Shown here piece by piece: positions 8,251 to 18,927 of a stretch of 20,000 nucleotides of DNA (the stretch's first letter is position 1; each line of letters starts with the position of its first letter). The stretch covers positions 301,830 to 321,829 of the forward strand of contig BAAIJX010000026.1 in the NCBI GenBank assembly GCA_054600435.1, written 5' to 3'. Both the position numbers and the translations under genes were made by a program. The stretch is from Neophaeotheca triangularis. Its lineage: Eukaryota. Below the pieces are notes generated by a model, which was given only the letters and a program-made list of their open reading frames with translations, was not told the origin of the DNA and did not search any database.

Positions 8251-11157
8251 TTACTGCCGATAAGGATCATAATCCCCCCCATGACCACGCTGACCGACCG
8301 GGGAATCCTCGCGCTCATCGCCCCTCGCGCTCCCAGTCCAGCCGGCAGACCATCCCGCACCATTCTCAGCAGCAGTATTCCCACCACCACCAAGACTATT
8401 ACCATTACCATTACCATTCGCACTCCCCTTTCCCCCAATCCCTCCGATTTTCAATGGCGCAGGCTTAACCTCGGAAACACTGACTCTCCCTCCATCCCCC
8501 CCAGCGGCTTGAACCCTCAAGAACCCCGGCGAGTCCAGCGCCCCACCGCTAGCAACGCTGTTGCGGTCGTCGTAGAAAGACTGCAGCGTCTCTTCCAGCC
8601 CTCTGCGGCGGGGAAGCGGCGTATGGGTCTCCACGTAACCCTCCCCTTCGTCGTCGTCGTCCGCATCGTCGTCGTCATCATCGGTATTGGAGGGACCAGA
8701 GGGATCAGAGAGCACGCCGACGTTTTTGACGAGTTCTACCACCCCGGCGCTCAGATTCGAAGCCGCAGCATCGAGCAGCGCGATCGGTGAAAGCCCCGCA
8801 GAAGCCGCGTGTTGTTTCGTAGCGGTTATGAGGGAGTTTGCGGTGCCCGTGACGCGGGCGCGGAGTTTGAGAATCTGCACGTTGCCGCTGGAATTTTGCG
8901 GTTGTGAAGTGGAGGAGTTGTCGGTGTGGCTATCCGCCACGGCGGACGCGCTTATGGCTTGCACGGCGATGATGACGGGTTTGAGGCTTTCCAGGAGGAG
9001 GGATTCGGTTTCGGCTGGGTCGGAGGTTTCGGCGCGGGCGTTGCGCAAGAGGTCCGAGATGGAGGTTTGGAACGCGGTAATTTGGACGTCGTGGACGCGG
9101 CCGGTGGGGGTAATGAGAGCGTTGCGGGTGGTGCGGTCGAGTTGGCTTTCACTGCTGAGGAGGTTGTGGCCGTTTTGTTGTAGCCCTAGCGTGGAGGCGC
9201 GGAGATTTTTATTCAGGGCTCTGACGCGAGCGCAGCGTTCGCGCCATTGTCCATTTTGGGTTTCGAGGTGCGTGATGCGGTGGGCGAGCTTCTCTTCGCG
9301 CTCCACGGCGGCGTCATTGGATTGTGCTAGGTCGCGCATCTCTCGGAGGTAGAGGGTTGCTTCTTCGCGAACTTGGGTGGTTAGTTTGGCTTGCTGTTCG
9401 AGTTCTCGCTCTAGCAGTTCGATGCGCTCGCGGTCTTGCTCGTTACCTGTCGCAGGAGCGGGTTGTTTGCGCAAATCGGCGTTCTCGCGTTGCAAATTTG
9501 TCAGTTGGGCGTGTAAGGTGTCCGTCTGAGCGTGTAAATTATCGAGCTCCGCTGCCTGGTCTTCGTTCTGCAATTGTAGCTTGTCGAGTTCGGCGAGTTG
9601 GCGTTGTAGGTCTTCGTTCTGGGTCTGCGCCGTGCTTTGCAAGCGGTTGGCGTCTTGGAGCTTTTGCTCTAGCTCTTTGCGAAGCTCATGCCATTCGTTG
9701 CGTTCGTTACCGACGCCGACTTCACGGTCGCGGCTGGTCGTTCGGGCCTTTTCAAGCTCCGAGTCTTTCTCCAGCACACGGCTTTCGAGCTGTTCAAGCA
9801 TTTCCCGGAGTTCCATTGTGGTAGTCTTGAGAGATGTGATTTCCGTCTCTTGCGCCTTGATGGTTTCGCGATCCTTTTCGTTTCCTTGACCGGCCGAATT
9901 GAGCACAGAAGATATGCCACCCATGCTATACTGGCTGACACCACTCAAGACTTTTCCATCACTATTATTGTCCAACGCGAATGCGTCACTGCCTCTCTGC
10001 GCCGCCTGATCAGCTTCATCCCCAGACTCATCCTCCTCAACCATGGTCGACTTGTTAGGCACGATAGTATTTTGCGCAAAAGTTTTGGGCAAAGGACGGC
10101 CGAAAGACCCGCCTTCGCTGCCATTGGTAGGCGCTCGAGGTCTGCCAGCGGGTGGTGGACCCCCAGGACCAGGGCTGTTACCCCGGAAAGACTGGTATCC
10201 TGGCTGCGGAGGGCCCATGCCGTTCGGTCCACCAGTCGGACTCAGGGGAGGCGGAGGCCCTCTCCCACCGGCAGGCGGGGGCCCTCTAAACCCCGACCCA
10301 GGCGGTCCGACAGGCGGACGCATGCCATTCCTACTTGGCCCGCGCGCGCTGCTAGCCGTACTGGCAGGCCTATCGATATCCTCGACAGCGAACCTCGGGA
10401 TCCGCCTCTCCAGCTCATAAAAGACATCGGTAGCCAACTGCCTGAACCGCTCAATGGGCAATGTGCTAAGTTTTTGCCGTGCCTGGTTTCGCTTGGGATG
10501 GAAATTAGGGCGAGGGAGGAGGTATTTGGGGACTTCGCGAACGCGTTTGAGCCGGTCGTCTTCGCGCCGGATGAGCTCGTCGTAGACGTCGGTGCTGAGC
10601 TCCATAAACTGCGTCACGCTAAGACGGAGCAACTTGTCGCGCGCGCGGTTGGGTTTGGGATTGCCTTGCTCGTCGCGGAGGATGGCGGCCAGGTAGTGTT
10701 TTAACACGCCATAGTGTCTTCCCAATTGCTCTTCGCTCTCGGGTCTGAAACCGTTGCTCTTGCTACTGTCTCTATCCCTGTCTCTTCCGGGAAGCGGCCC
10801 TCCGTTGCGTCCTGGTCCGCCCATGCGACCGTCATTGCTCATACCCATGCTGCTCGCCGAACTGGGTGCGCGGTTCATGCTTGTGCTTCTGCTGCTAGCG
10901 GCGCCGCTCGGTCTGGATACGTCTGTACCAGTGCTTGGGTGTTGTGATCCTGGTGGTGAGGCTCGTGGTTGGGGAGGAGGTCGTCGCTGGCCCGGTTGCG
11001 TCGCGCCATATGGACCGCCTTGGTATGCTATATCGTTTGGAGTGCCTCCTATGCTGTTGCTGCCGCTGCTGGGAGGTCCCATGTTGCCATAGCGCATAGT
11101 CAAGGAGTCATTGCTGTCGTTGGACAAGGGAGAGGTGGGAGGAGGTGGACGGTTCAT
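8251..11157 (-). CDS. spa2: Polarisome scaffold protein Spa2 (SpaA/SPA-2 homologue), about 968 aa, apparently intronless
   Basis: Long open frame with two Spa2-homology/GIT_SHD repeats (RARDKLLRLSVTQFMELSTDVYDELIRR; RNQARQKLSTLPIERFRQLATDVFYELERR), a Pro/Gly-rich linker, a central coiled coil (E/Q/L-rich) and the conserved C-terminal block (LRARVTGTANSLITATKQHAASAGLSPIALLDAAASNLSAGVVELVK). Start placed at the first ATG (11157, MNRPPPPTSPLS) rather than the GTG at 11238. Confidence 0.93.
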   Translation of the reverse strand: MNRPPPPTSPLSNDSNDSLTMRYGNMGPPSSGSNSIGGTPNDIAYQGGPYGATQPGQRRPPPQPRASPPGSQHPSTGTDVSRPSGAASSRSTSMNRAPSSASSMGMSNDGRMGGPGRNGGPLPGRDRDRDSSKSNGFRPESEEQLGRHYGVLKHYLAAILRDEQGNPKPNRARDKLLRLSVTQFMELSTDVYDELIRREDDRLKRVREVPKYLLPRPNFHPKRNQARQKLSTLPIERFRQLATDVFYELERRIPRFAVEDIDRPASTASSARGPSRNGMRPPVGPPGSGFRGPPPAGGRGPPPPLSPTGGPNGMGPPQPGYQSFRGNSPGPGGPPPAGRPRAPTNGSEGGSFGRPLPKTFAQNTIVPNKSTMVEEDESGDEADQAAQRGSDAFALDNNSDGKVLSGVSQYSMGGISSVLNSAGQGNEKDRETIKAQETEITSLKTTTMELREMLEQLESRVLEKDSELEKARTTSRDREVGVGNERNEWHELRKELEQKLQDANRLQSTAQTQNEDLQRQLAELDKLQLQNEDQAAELDNLHAQTDTLHAQLTNLQRENADLRKQPAPATGNEQDRERIELLERELEQQAKLTTQVREEATLYLREMRDLAQSNDAAVEREEKLAHRITHLETQNGQWRERCARVRALNKNLRASTLGLQQNGHNLLSSESQLDRTTRNALITPTGRVHDVQITAFQTSISDLLRNARAETSDPAETESLLLESLKPVIIAVQAISASAVADSHTDNSSTSQPQNSSGNVQILKLRARVTGTANSLITATKQHAASAGLSPIALLDAAASNLSAGVVELVKNVGVLSDPSGPSNTDDDDDDADDDDEGEGYVETHTPLPRRRGLEETLQSFYDDRNSVASGGALDSPGFLRVQAAGGDGGRVSVSEVKPAPLKIGGIGGKGSANGNGNGNSLGGGGNTAAENGAGWSAGWTGSARGDEREDSPVGQRGHGGDYDPYRQ

Positions 11158-11779
11158 GATCAAAGTGGGAATGGGCGCAAAGCCATGCAGCGGGCAGCAA
11201 CAAGACTCGCAATGCCACGGGTCGTGACTCGTGTGCACCGTCGATGGTCGGGTGGAGAAACAGGGTGTTTGACAAAGTTCTGCTGGTGACGCAAGGAGAG
11301 AGCAGTTGTTACAGCCTCTCTCTACTAGGTACTGCCCGTTTCACCAGAACCGATCGAGTCGAGTCGCAGCTGGCTGACAAGCAAAAGCAGTTGCCGTGCC
11401 TGGGTTAAGTCGAGTAGGTATATGTATGTTATGTTGTGATAACGAGCGAGGGACAGCTTTGGTAGGTAAGGTAGTAGTCAAGGAATGTAGTGTATGTAGT
11501 ATACAGAATGGCATAATAAAATAGAGAAAAAGACGCCTGCCTTGCCGGAAGTATAAAGTCCCCCATGCCCCTTTGGCTCCCACGATTGATGAAGCTGCAG
11601 AAAGGGCGGCGACTAGGCAGACGCCCTACTAAATTAGTGTAGTTGGACCTGCATAACAATGCAGATGTATCTACTACGACTGTAGGTATCCATGGAGAAG
11701 AGCAATTTGTGGAGAGATAGGTGGGCGGCCGGCTTCAGGGGTAAGAGGGCGGGAACTGATCTGAGCTGTTAAATGAGAG

Positions 11780-11816
11780 ATTGGGATTGGCTGATGAGAT
11801 TGGTCGGAATCATTGG
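11780..11816 (-). promoter_or_regulatory. Cluster of four CCAAT boxes in the spa2/GIG1-like divergent intergenic region
   Basis: ATTGG at 11780, 11786, 11799 and 11812. Confidence 0.4.
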
Positions 11817-12256
11817 CTCATATCATTACCTTTGGTCCTTGCCAAGCCAAGAAGGAATGGTGAAACAGCACCTAGCTCGACAGACAGCCTCGACAGCCTC
11901 GACAGCGCTTCCGACCTTCATTTCGTCTTCTTGTTCATCATCTATTCAATTGCTTACTTCTTCCTACTCTTCTCTCGCCCATGTATTCGAATATACAACT
12001 ATTCTACCGACTCTCTCTCATCCACTACAGCTAGGCAGCTTGTGCAAAGTCACAGCTTCAACAACACACGAGGTAGGCCAACAAGCCGAAAGGTAACTTA
12101 GGTTCAAATGCTGGGTGGGTCATCACCACCACCACCACCACCACCCATCACCAAACCCTCTCCCGCATCCACAACATCCCCCAAACACCACCAATCACCA
12201 CCCCACCAACACCACCCTGCTCCCCCGCTCCCTCTCTCCCAAACCACCCATCAACC

Positions 12257-12976
12257 ATGACCTCCAACCCCATCACCACCCCTCCCCCCGACACTCCCTT
12301 CTGGAACACCAACCTCCCCCCCTCGCAACAAACCCCAACCTGCCCGCCCTACCTCCTCTACGCCCTCTCAGACCCCCGCGACCGCCGCATCCTCAACACA
12401 CCCGACAGCGCCTACACCCCCCAAACGTGGACCGAGCTCAACGGCCTTATAACCACCAACCGCATCGACCTGCTCCAAAGACAGCCCTCGGACCTCCTCA
12501 AATACCGCAAATACAGCGCCGCGCTCTCAAAACAACACGGGAGCATCATGGACTTCATCGTCAATGAGAGGTTGCGCTGGGACAGTTTAGAAGCCGCGGG
12601 CACGTTTCGCGACTTCCTGCCGGAGGATGTGAGGGTGCTGAAGAATGACTGGCCCTATGGTTTGGAGCCCGGGATCGTGCATCTAGTGGTGTGGACGAAG
12701 TTTGAGCTTTTGGAGGATGCGGCGACGGGGGATTTGACTGACGAGTGTCGGGGTTGGATTGAGGGGTTTGTGCGGAGGGTTTTTGTCGATGGTGCCGGGT
12801 TGGATTGGGAGAGGGTTAGGTGGTTTCGGAATTGGACCGCTATCAAGAGTGTTAGGGCTGTTGAGCATTTTCATGTTGTTTTGTTGGAGCCGCCTGGGGG
12901 GTTCGTTGAACAGGTTACTGGGGGGGATGTTGCGTTGATTGAGAAGGTTGGGGAGGGGGGGTTGGAGGTTGGGTGA
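12257..12976 (+). CDS. GIG1-family (N-acetylglucosamine-induced protein 1-like, DUF3605) protein, 239 aa
   Basis: ATG-started ORF with family motifs W..L..LI..NRIDLLQR.PSDL..Y, LKNDWPYGLEPGIVHLVVWTK and WFRNW..IKSV.AVEHFHV. Confidence 0.88.
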   Translation: MTSNPITTPPPDTPFWNTNLPPSQQTPTCPPYLLYALSDPRDRRILNTPDSAYTPQTWTELNGLITTNRIDLLQRQPSDLLKYRKYSAALSKQHGSIMDFIVNERLRWDSLEAAGTFRDFLPEDVRVLKNDWPYGLEPGIVHLVVWTKFELLEDAATGDLTDECRGWIEGFVRRVFVDGAGLDWERVRWFRNWTAIKSVRAVEHFHVVLLEPPGGFVEQVTGGDVALIEKVGEGGLEVG

Positions 12977-13603
12977 GGTGATTGGTGGAGAAGGTGAGGT
13001 TTGTTAGAAGTCTAGGATAACTAGTAGGGTCATGGAGGGTGAAAAGGTCGGGTTCTTTGTTACTCTAATACGGCGCTTTTGTAGAGGGAGGGAGCTAGAC
13101 CGGAGAGACGGCGCCGAGTACACTCATAGAATGCATATAGCTGTTTATACACTACTATTGCCGGCCGGCATGACCAGCAGCCTCTCTTGCTCCGAGAGAA
13201 ACAGCTAGTCAGCCATCCTACCGATTCCGCAAAAGAACACACCTATGTATCTCGCTCCACCCCCCATCCGCATCGAAGTCGCTCAAATGTGCCGCCACAG
13301 CAAGTCACGCGGCCACCTCTCACTAACCGCCCTATTGCACTCATCAAGTCACCAACCGTACGTTCCCTCCACCAGGTCCACACGACACCACACCTCGCCA
13401 TGCCCATTGCCCACGACTTACTTGCCCGACAGCGCGTGGCTCAAGGCGTACTGGTGTCGCAGACCAAAGGCGCAGTAATCGCAGCTAGCCCATTGGCTGA
13501 AGCTGGAGCTAGAGCTAACGAGGTGCAACAGTAAGGTAAGCTTGCGTCGCGCTGCCGCCGCCACAGCACTAGGTACTAGGTACCTAGGTAGGTAACTTTC
13601 TCC

Positions 13604-13613
13604 CTCGTACGAT
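13604..13613. promoter_or_regulatory. Candidate SREBP (SrbA/Sre1)-type sterol regulatory element upstream of HMG1
   Basis: CTCGTACGAT (reverse complement ATCGTACGAG) is close to the ATC(G/A)TACGAT-type palindrome described for fungal SREBPs. It lies about 1.35 kb upstream of the ATG; this is a motif match only. Confidence 0.25.
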
Positions 13614-13660
13614 TCTCGCGTCTTTCGCTAAGCCGCGTTGATGCAAGCCACGAGACCTGC

Positions 13661-13698
13661 TGATGATGGTGATGGTGATGGCGATGGTGATGGTCATG
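13661..13698. repeat. (GATGGT)n hexanucleotide microsatellite
   Basis: tgatgatggtgatggtgatggcgatggtgatggtcatg. Confidence 0.75.
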
Positions 13699-14956
13699 TC
13701 CGTCGCTGTATGGTTACAAGACAGTAGAGGCATCAGGGCTTGTTCGCGAGCACTACTGTCTGTAGTCTGGATTATTCTCTACTCTCTACGAGTCGCGTGG
13801 CTTTTACAGACTCCCCTTGACCCCAGTAGTTAGTACCTACATAGTAACCGCGGCAGTTGTAAGGCAAGTTCCTGATAATGATTCCCGAGCGCCACAGCCA
13901 GCCAGCCCAGCCAGCCCTGCCGTGTTTTTTTTCTGCCGTGCCTTGTACCTCCCGTCCGCGCGGGCTGCATGCAAGCGTGCTTGCGTCCCACGGCTGGCGA
14001 CGAATGGCGGCTTGTCGGTTCCTACAGCAAATCTACCAAGTAAGGTACCTTGACTTATTGGAAGTTACTGCGAATCTCATGATTATTGAGGCTGAGGTGA
14101 TGGTGCCGCTGCATGGCAGCCTGCAGGGTGTTGTGGGTGTCATTATTTTGGGGTGGTACTGGGAGGGAAAAAGTCGGGGTGGTTTTGTTATGTTATATCA
14201 TTATTATTATTTATGGTGTTGAAGGTTGCGTTGCGACGAGTCGTGGAGAGAGACGGCTCGCGTCAAGGTTGTCTTCACCGCCTTGCTGCTCCGTCTAGGT
14301 GGGCTTGCCTTGTTGTCGATTGCTTGGGAGAGGGAGTTGGAAAGGGGCGGGCTTTCTCGACTTTTGCTTCGCTTTCTACCTTGTTTCATTCTACCTTACG
14401 CTACTAAGTATTATTGCACTTCACGCTGCCTACTCTGATTGTCTCGTGTGTCCCGGTAACATTGTTGTTGTTGTTGTAAAGGTCGAGTATATCCCGTCCA
14501 AAGTTACAATCAAAAGCCGAAAGAGGAAGGCAAGACGAGCAGAGATCCGCAATTGCAGCGGGCAGAAAAAAAGGGGACCAGAGACCCGACGCGACGACAA
14601 CAAAACAACGGCCGAGCTTGTCTCCCAACGCCATTGAGAGAGTAGCATCGCCTTCAATCAGTCCATCAATCAATAAAATACACATCTGCCATGGCGAGGA
14701 AGTGAGAGGTGTTGGAAGATTTCCCCATCGGAACAATACTAAGAGGAAGCACCTCCGCCATTCACACTCCCCTCCCCTTTGACTTCGACATCCCGATCAC
14801 CCCCCCTCTACCGAAACGCGCGCGCATCGCCACAAGCCAGTGTCGAAACACTCTGTCCGAACCCAAACACAATCCACCCACACACACAAACACGCCGTCC
14901 GCTACCACCACCGCCACCATAACCACCACCATCCCTTCGACCGAGCGCTCTCAACA

Positions 14957-17900
14957 ATGCTTGGCTCGCACCTCATCCCCACGCGCTGGCGGCGTAACCA
15001 CGACATCACCGAGCCCGACCGCCCCGGCTGGTACAACCGCCAGATAACCCCCTACCTGCAGAAAGTCTCCAACAAAGCCTGCACCCACCCCGTTCACACA
15101 ATCGCCTTCTTCGCCATCCTCGCTTCCACCACCTACATCGGCCTGCTCGAGACGGGCTTCTTCCAGCCCAGCCCGGCGAGCGCCGCCAACAAGGTTGATT
15201 TTGCGAGCTTTGCCGCGGGAAGCCGGAGGCTGCATTTGGGGCAGGAGACGGGCTGGAAGTGGGTGATTGAGGAGAATGGAGGGGCCTCGGTGCACGGTGG
15301 AAGCCCGGGGGACAAGGAGCTGGGCCTGGTGACTTTGCAGTTTGTGGAGAGCAATGTTAGTCCTCAGGCTGTACCGCAACCGGGCAGTTTGGAATTCACG
15401 GGCGCCGGCGATGCGCAGCTCGTCTCCACCGGTCTCAGCCATTCCGCTAGGTCTTCCGATATCGTGGTCGCGTACAGTGTGCCTTCGTCCCAGACGTCGG
15501 GGTTCTTGGAGAGCGCAAAGGAGATTCCCGCGCAAGCGGGTTCCGCTGCCGTTGAAGACGATGGGGGCGATGACGAGCCCGAGCGCAAGAGCTGGTTGAT
15601 GAAGTCTGCGAAAAATGGTGACGGCGGTTCGAATGGCGTGGTCGATTGGTTCCACAACAGCTGGACCGCTTTCACCGACTTGCTCAAGAACGCCGAGACT
15701 TTGGATATTGTCATCATGGTGCTGGGGTACTTGTCCATGTACTTGACCTTCATCTCGCTGTTCTTGAGCATGCGTCGCATGGGCTCCAACTTCTGGCTTG
15801 GCACCATGGTGCTCTTTTCCTCGGCTTTTGCTTTCCTCTTCGGCTTGGTCGTGACTTTACAGCTGGGAGTGCCGGTCAATGTTGTGCTTTTGTCGGAGGG
15901 GCTGCCTTTCCTCGTGGTGACTGTGGGTTTTGAGAAGCCGATTGTGCTCACCCAGGCTGTGCTCTCGGCGTCCCTCCAAGCGAAGCGGCCTTCCACTGGA
16001 GGCAGTCCTACTGGGAGTGGCAACGGCAATGGTGGTGATGCACCTTTGACTATTCAGAACGCGCTACAAGAGGCAGTCAAGGAGCGCGGCTTCGAGATTG
16101 TCCGCGACTACGCTGTTGAGATCTTCATTCTCTGTGTTGGTGCTGCTTCAGGGATTCAAGGAGGACTACGCCAATTCTGCTTCCTGGCCGCTTGGACTCT
16201 CTTCTTCGACTGCATCCTGCTCTTTACTTTTTACACTTCCATTTTAACCATCAAGCTCGAAATCAACCGCATCAAGAAGCACGTGGCTCTGCGCAGAGCT
16301 CTGGAAGAGGACGGTGTGAGCAGGCGCGTGGCCGAGAATGTGGCTAGCAGCAACGACTGGCCCAAAGATGACGGAAACTTGCAGAGCTCCGAGATGAGCA
16401 TCTTTGGCAGGAAGATCAAGGACAGCAGCATCCCGCGGTTCAAAGTTTTAATGGTCGTTGGTTTCCTCGCCATCAACATCCTCAACCTCTGCACAATGCC
16501 CTTCCGTGGAGCGCGCCACAATTCACCTGTCGCTACTGCTGGCCTCTCCAGTGTTGTGACACAACCACCCATGGACCCTTTCAAGGTTGCCGGAGACGGT
16601 TTGGATGCGCTTTTCGAGCAGGCCGTCAAGGTTGAGCAGCCTTTGACCGTGACTGTTTTCAACCCTATCAAGTATGAACTGCAATTCCCCTCTGTGCATT
16701 ATGCGCCTACCAAGCCCAGCAACGATTGGAATCTCTTCGACGGCGACTACAGCGATGGGGTGTTCTCTGCCGTCGGCGGTAGAGTTGTGGAAAGCCTGTT
16801 GAAGAGCTTCGAAGACCCAGTCCTTAGCAAATGGATCATCATCGCCCTGGCAATGAGTCTGGTGCTCAATGGCTACCTGTTCAACGCCGCGAGATGGAGT
16901 ATCAAAGAGCCGCACGACGACTCCGAGACGAACCAAGAACAGCAAACATCGACTCAGCGTGTTCCCGATCTCGACCTGCCTCAGGCTAACGGCCATGCTG
17001 AGAAACCTGCTAACGGAGACGCCGTGTCGCCCATGCCCACTGATGGCAAGCCCGTTGAATCGCGCAAGAGGTCTCGATCAGAATGCGAGGCGTTTGTGCG
17101 CGATAAGAAGGCGCCGCTGCTCACCGACTCTGAACTTACTGATCTGGCTCTACGCAACAAGATCCCCGGGTATGCTTTGGAGAAGACTTTGGAAGACAAG
17201 ACCCGCGCCGTCAAGATTCGTCGCGCTCTTATTTCTCGCACACCTGCCACTTCCGATCTGACTGGCAAGCTCGAACGCAGCAAACTACCTTACGAACACT
17301 TCGATTATGACCGTGTACATGGTGCGTGCTGCGAGAATGTCGTTGGCTACCTTCCCCTACCTCTGGGTGTCGCCGGACCCCTGACTATCGACGGTCGAAG
17401 CTACTTCCTACCCATGGCCACTACAGAGGGTGTCCTCGTAGCCTCCGCCTCAAGAGGCTGCAAAGCCATCAACGCCGGCGGCGGCGCCATCACTGTCCTA
17501 ACTGGAGACGGCATGACCCGCGGGCCCTGCATCGGCTTCGAAACCCTAGCACGAGCTGCCGCCGCCAAGGTCTGGCTCGACAGCGCCGACGGGCAAAAAA
17601 TCATGAAAGAAGCCTTTAACAGCACATCGCGTTTCGCGCGCCTCAGTGAGCTCAAAAGCACCATCGCCGGCACTTACGTCTACGTGCGCTTCAAGACCAC
17701 CACCGGCGACGCCATGGGCATGAATATGATCTCCAAGGGCGTCGAGCACGCTCTCAGCGTCATGAGCAAGGAGAACGGTTTCGATGACATGGCCATCATT
17801 ACTGTCAGCGGCAACTACTGCACTGACAAGAAACCCGCTGCTATCAACTGGATCGATGGTCGCGGTAAGAGCGTCGTCGCTGAGGCTATTATCCCCGGTG

Positions 17901-18549
17901 ATGTCGTACGCAGCGTGCTCAAATCAGATGTCAATGCTCTCGTTGAGCTGAATGTCAGCAAAAACCTGATTGGTTCCGCCATGGCTGGCTCCATTGGCGG
18001 TTTCAACGCTCACGCTGCTAACATTGTGACTGCCATCTTCCTCGCGACCGGCCAAGACCCCGCGCAGAACGTGGAGAGCAGCAACTGCATCACCGTCATG
18101 AAGAAGTAAGTCCCCGATCACCCGACCGTCGCCCACACCCACTAACCACCGCCTCCCCCTGCAGTCTAAACGGCAACCTCCAAATCAGCGTCAGCATGCC
18201 CTCAATCGAAGTCGGCACAATCGGCGGCGGCACGGTCCTGGAACCGCAAGCAGCCATGCTCGACCTCCTCGGCGTCCGCGGCGCTCACACCTCCACCCCG
18301 GGCGCCAACGCCCAACAACTCGCCAAAATCGTCGCCGCCGGCGTTCTCGCCGGCGAACTCTCCCTCTGCTCCGCCCTCGCCGCCGGTCATCTGGTCAAAG
18401 CGCACATGAGCCACAATCGCTCTCAGGCGCCCACGGCTGCGCCGAGTCGGGCCGGCAGTCCCAAGCGTGTCGTGCAGGGTGGTGCGAATCCCGTCGGAGG
18501 GGCTGTCGGGGTTTTGGAGGCTAGAGCTGCTGAGAGGGCGGGGAGGTAA
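14957..18549 (+). CDS. HMG1: 3-hydroxy-3-methylglutaryl-CoA reductase (class I); exons 14957-18105 and 18165-18549, about 1177 aa
   Basis: N-terminal HPIH-like motif (ACTHPVHTI), a multi-TM sterol-sensing domain ([29 protein letters not shown]) and catalytic motifs [47 protein letters not shown] and GHLVKAHM. Splicing joins ...[29 protein letters not shown] in frame. The first in-frame ATG is at 14957. Confidence 0.97.
18106..18164 (+). other. Spliceosomal intron (59 nt) in HMG1
   Basis: GTAAGT donor at 18106, ACTAAC branch site at 18141-18146 and a pyrimidine tract with CAG acceptor ending at 18164. Removal restores the conserved reading frame. Confidence 0.95.
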
Positions 18550-18747
18550 TGTGAGCTTTTTTTTTCCTACTACGGTTGAGACAAGGATTGGTGGCGGGGG
18601 GGAGGGAGGAAAGGTATGAGCGTACTCGCTTCTTTTCGCTGTAGTGGGGTCTCTCTCTCTTACCGCGGTCGGTTGCGCTTCTTTCGCGCTGCTGGTTAGC
18701 GAAGGGTGAGGGGGGTGGGGGGAGTGAAGACGCTTCCCTCTCTTGAC

Positions 18748-18813
18748 TGGCCTGGCCTGGCCTGGCTTGGCTTGGCTTTGCGATGCAATGCAATGGGATG
18801 GGATGGGATGGGA
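18748..18813. repeat. Compound pentanucleotide microsatellite (TGGCC)3(TGGCT)3..(TGCAA)2(TGGGA)4
   Basis: Read directly from the sequence downstream of the HMG1 stop codon. Confidence 0.85.
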
Positions 18814-18927
18814 AGGCCGTGTAACATCATCTCCCGCCGTGGCGAATAAAATTTCGACATATCTTGTACATAATCATGTCTTAGAAGCGCAAAACTCCCG
18901 AGCTTCAGTTCCCTTCATCCACAGCTC

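Noticed and set aside
11158..11238. Cys/His-rich N-terminal extension of Spa2 from GTG
   Set aside because: The start is non-ATG and shows no family similarity; it is most likely 5' UTR.
8281..11289. Long plus-strand ORFs overlapping spa2 (e.g. 9688-10704, 8687-9352)
   Set aside because: Antisense shadows of a GC-rich coding sequence with no recognisable domains.
12115..12567. Poly-His/Pro ORF overlapping the GIG1-like gene
   Set aside because: GTG start, low complexity from (CAC)n, and an alternate frame of the real gene.
13060..14736. Short ORFs in the GIG1-like/HMG1 intergenic region
   Set aside because: No recognisable domains or codon bias; consistent with a long HMG1 promoter/UTR.
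14840..14956. His-rich N-terminal extension of HMG1 from a GTG start
   Set aside because: This is a CAC/ACC-rich 5' leader that lacks stops by composition. The ATG at 14957 has good context (ACAATG) and matches a typical fungal Hmg1 start.
15690..16260. Possible azole- or statin-resistance variant or secondary-metabolite self-resistance copy of HMG1
   Set aside because: Sterol-sensing motifs such as LLSEGLPF look wild type, the protein is full length, and the neighbours are housekeeping genes with no PKS or terpene cluster in view.
14951..18414. Minus-strand and alternate-frame ORFs inside HMG1
   Set aside because: Shadow ORFs of the real gene.
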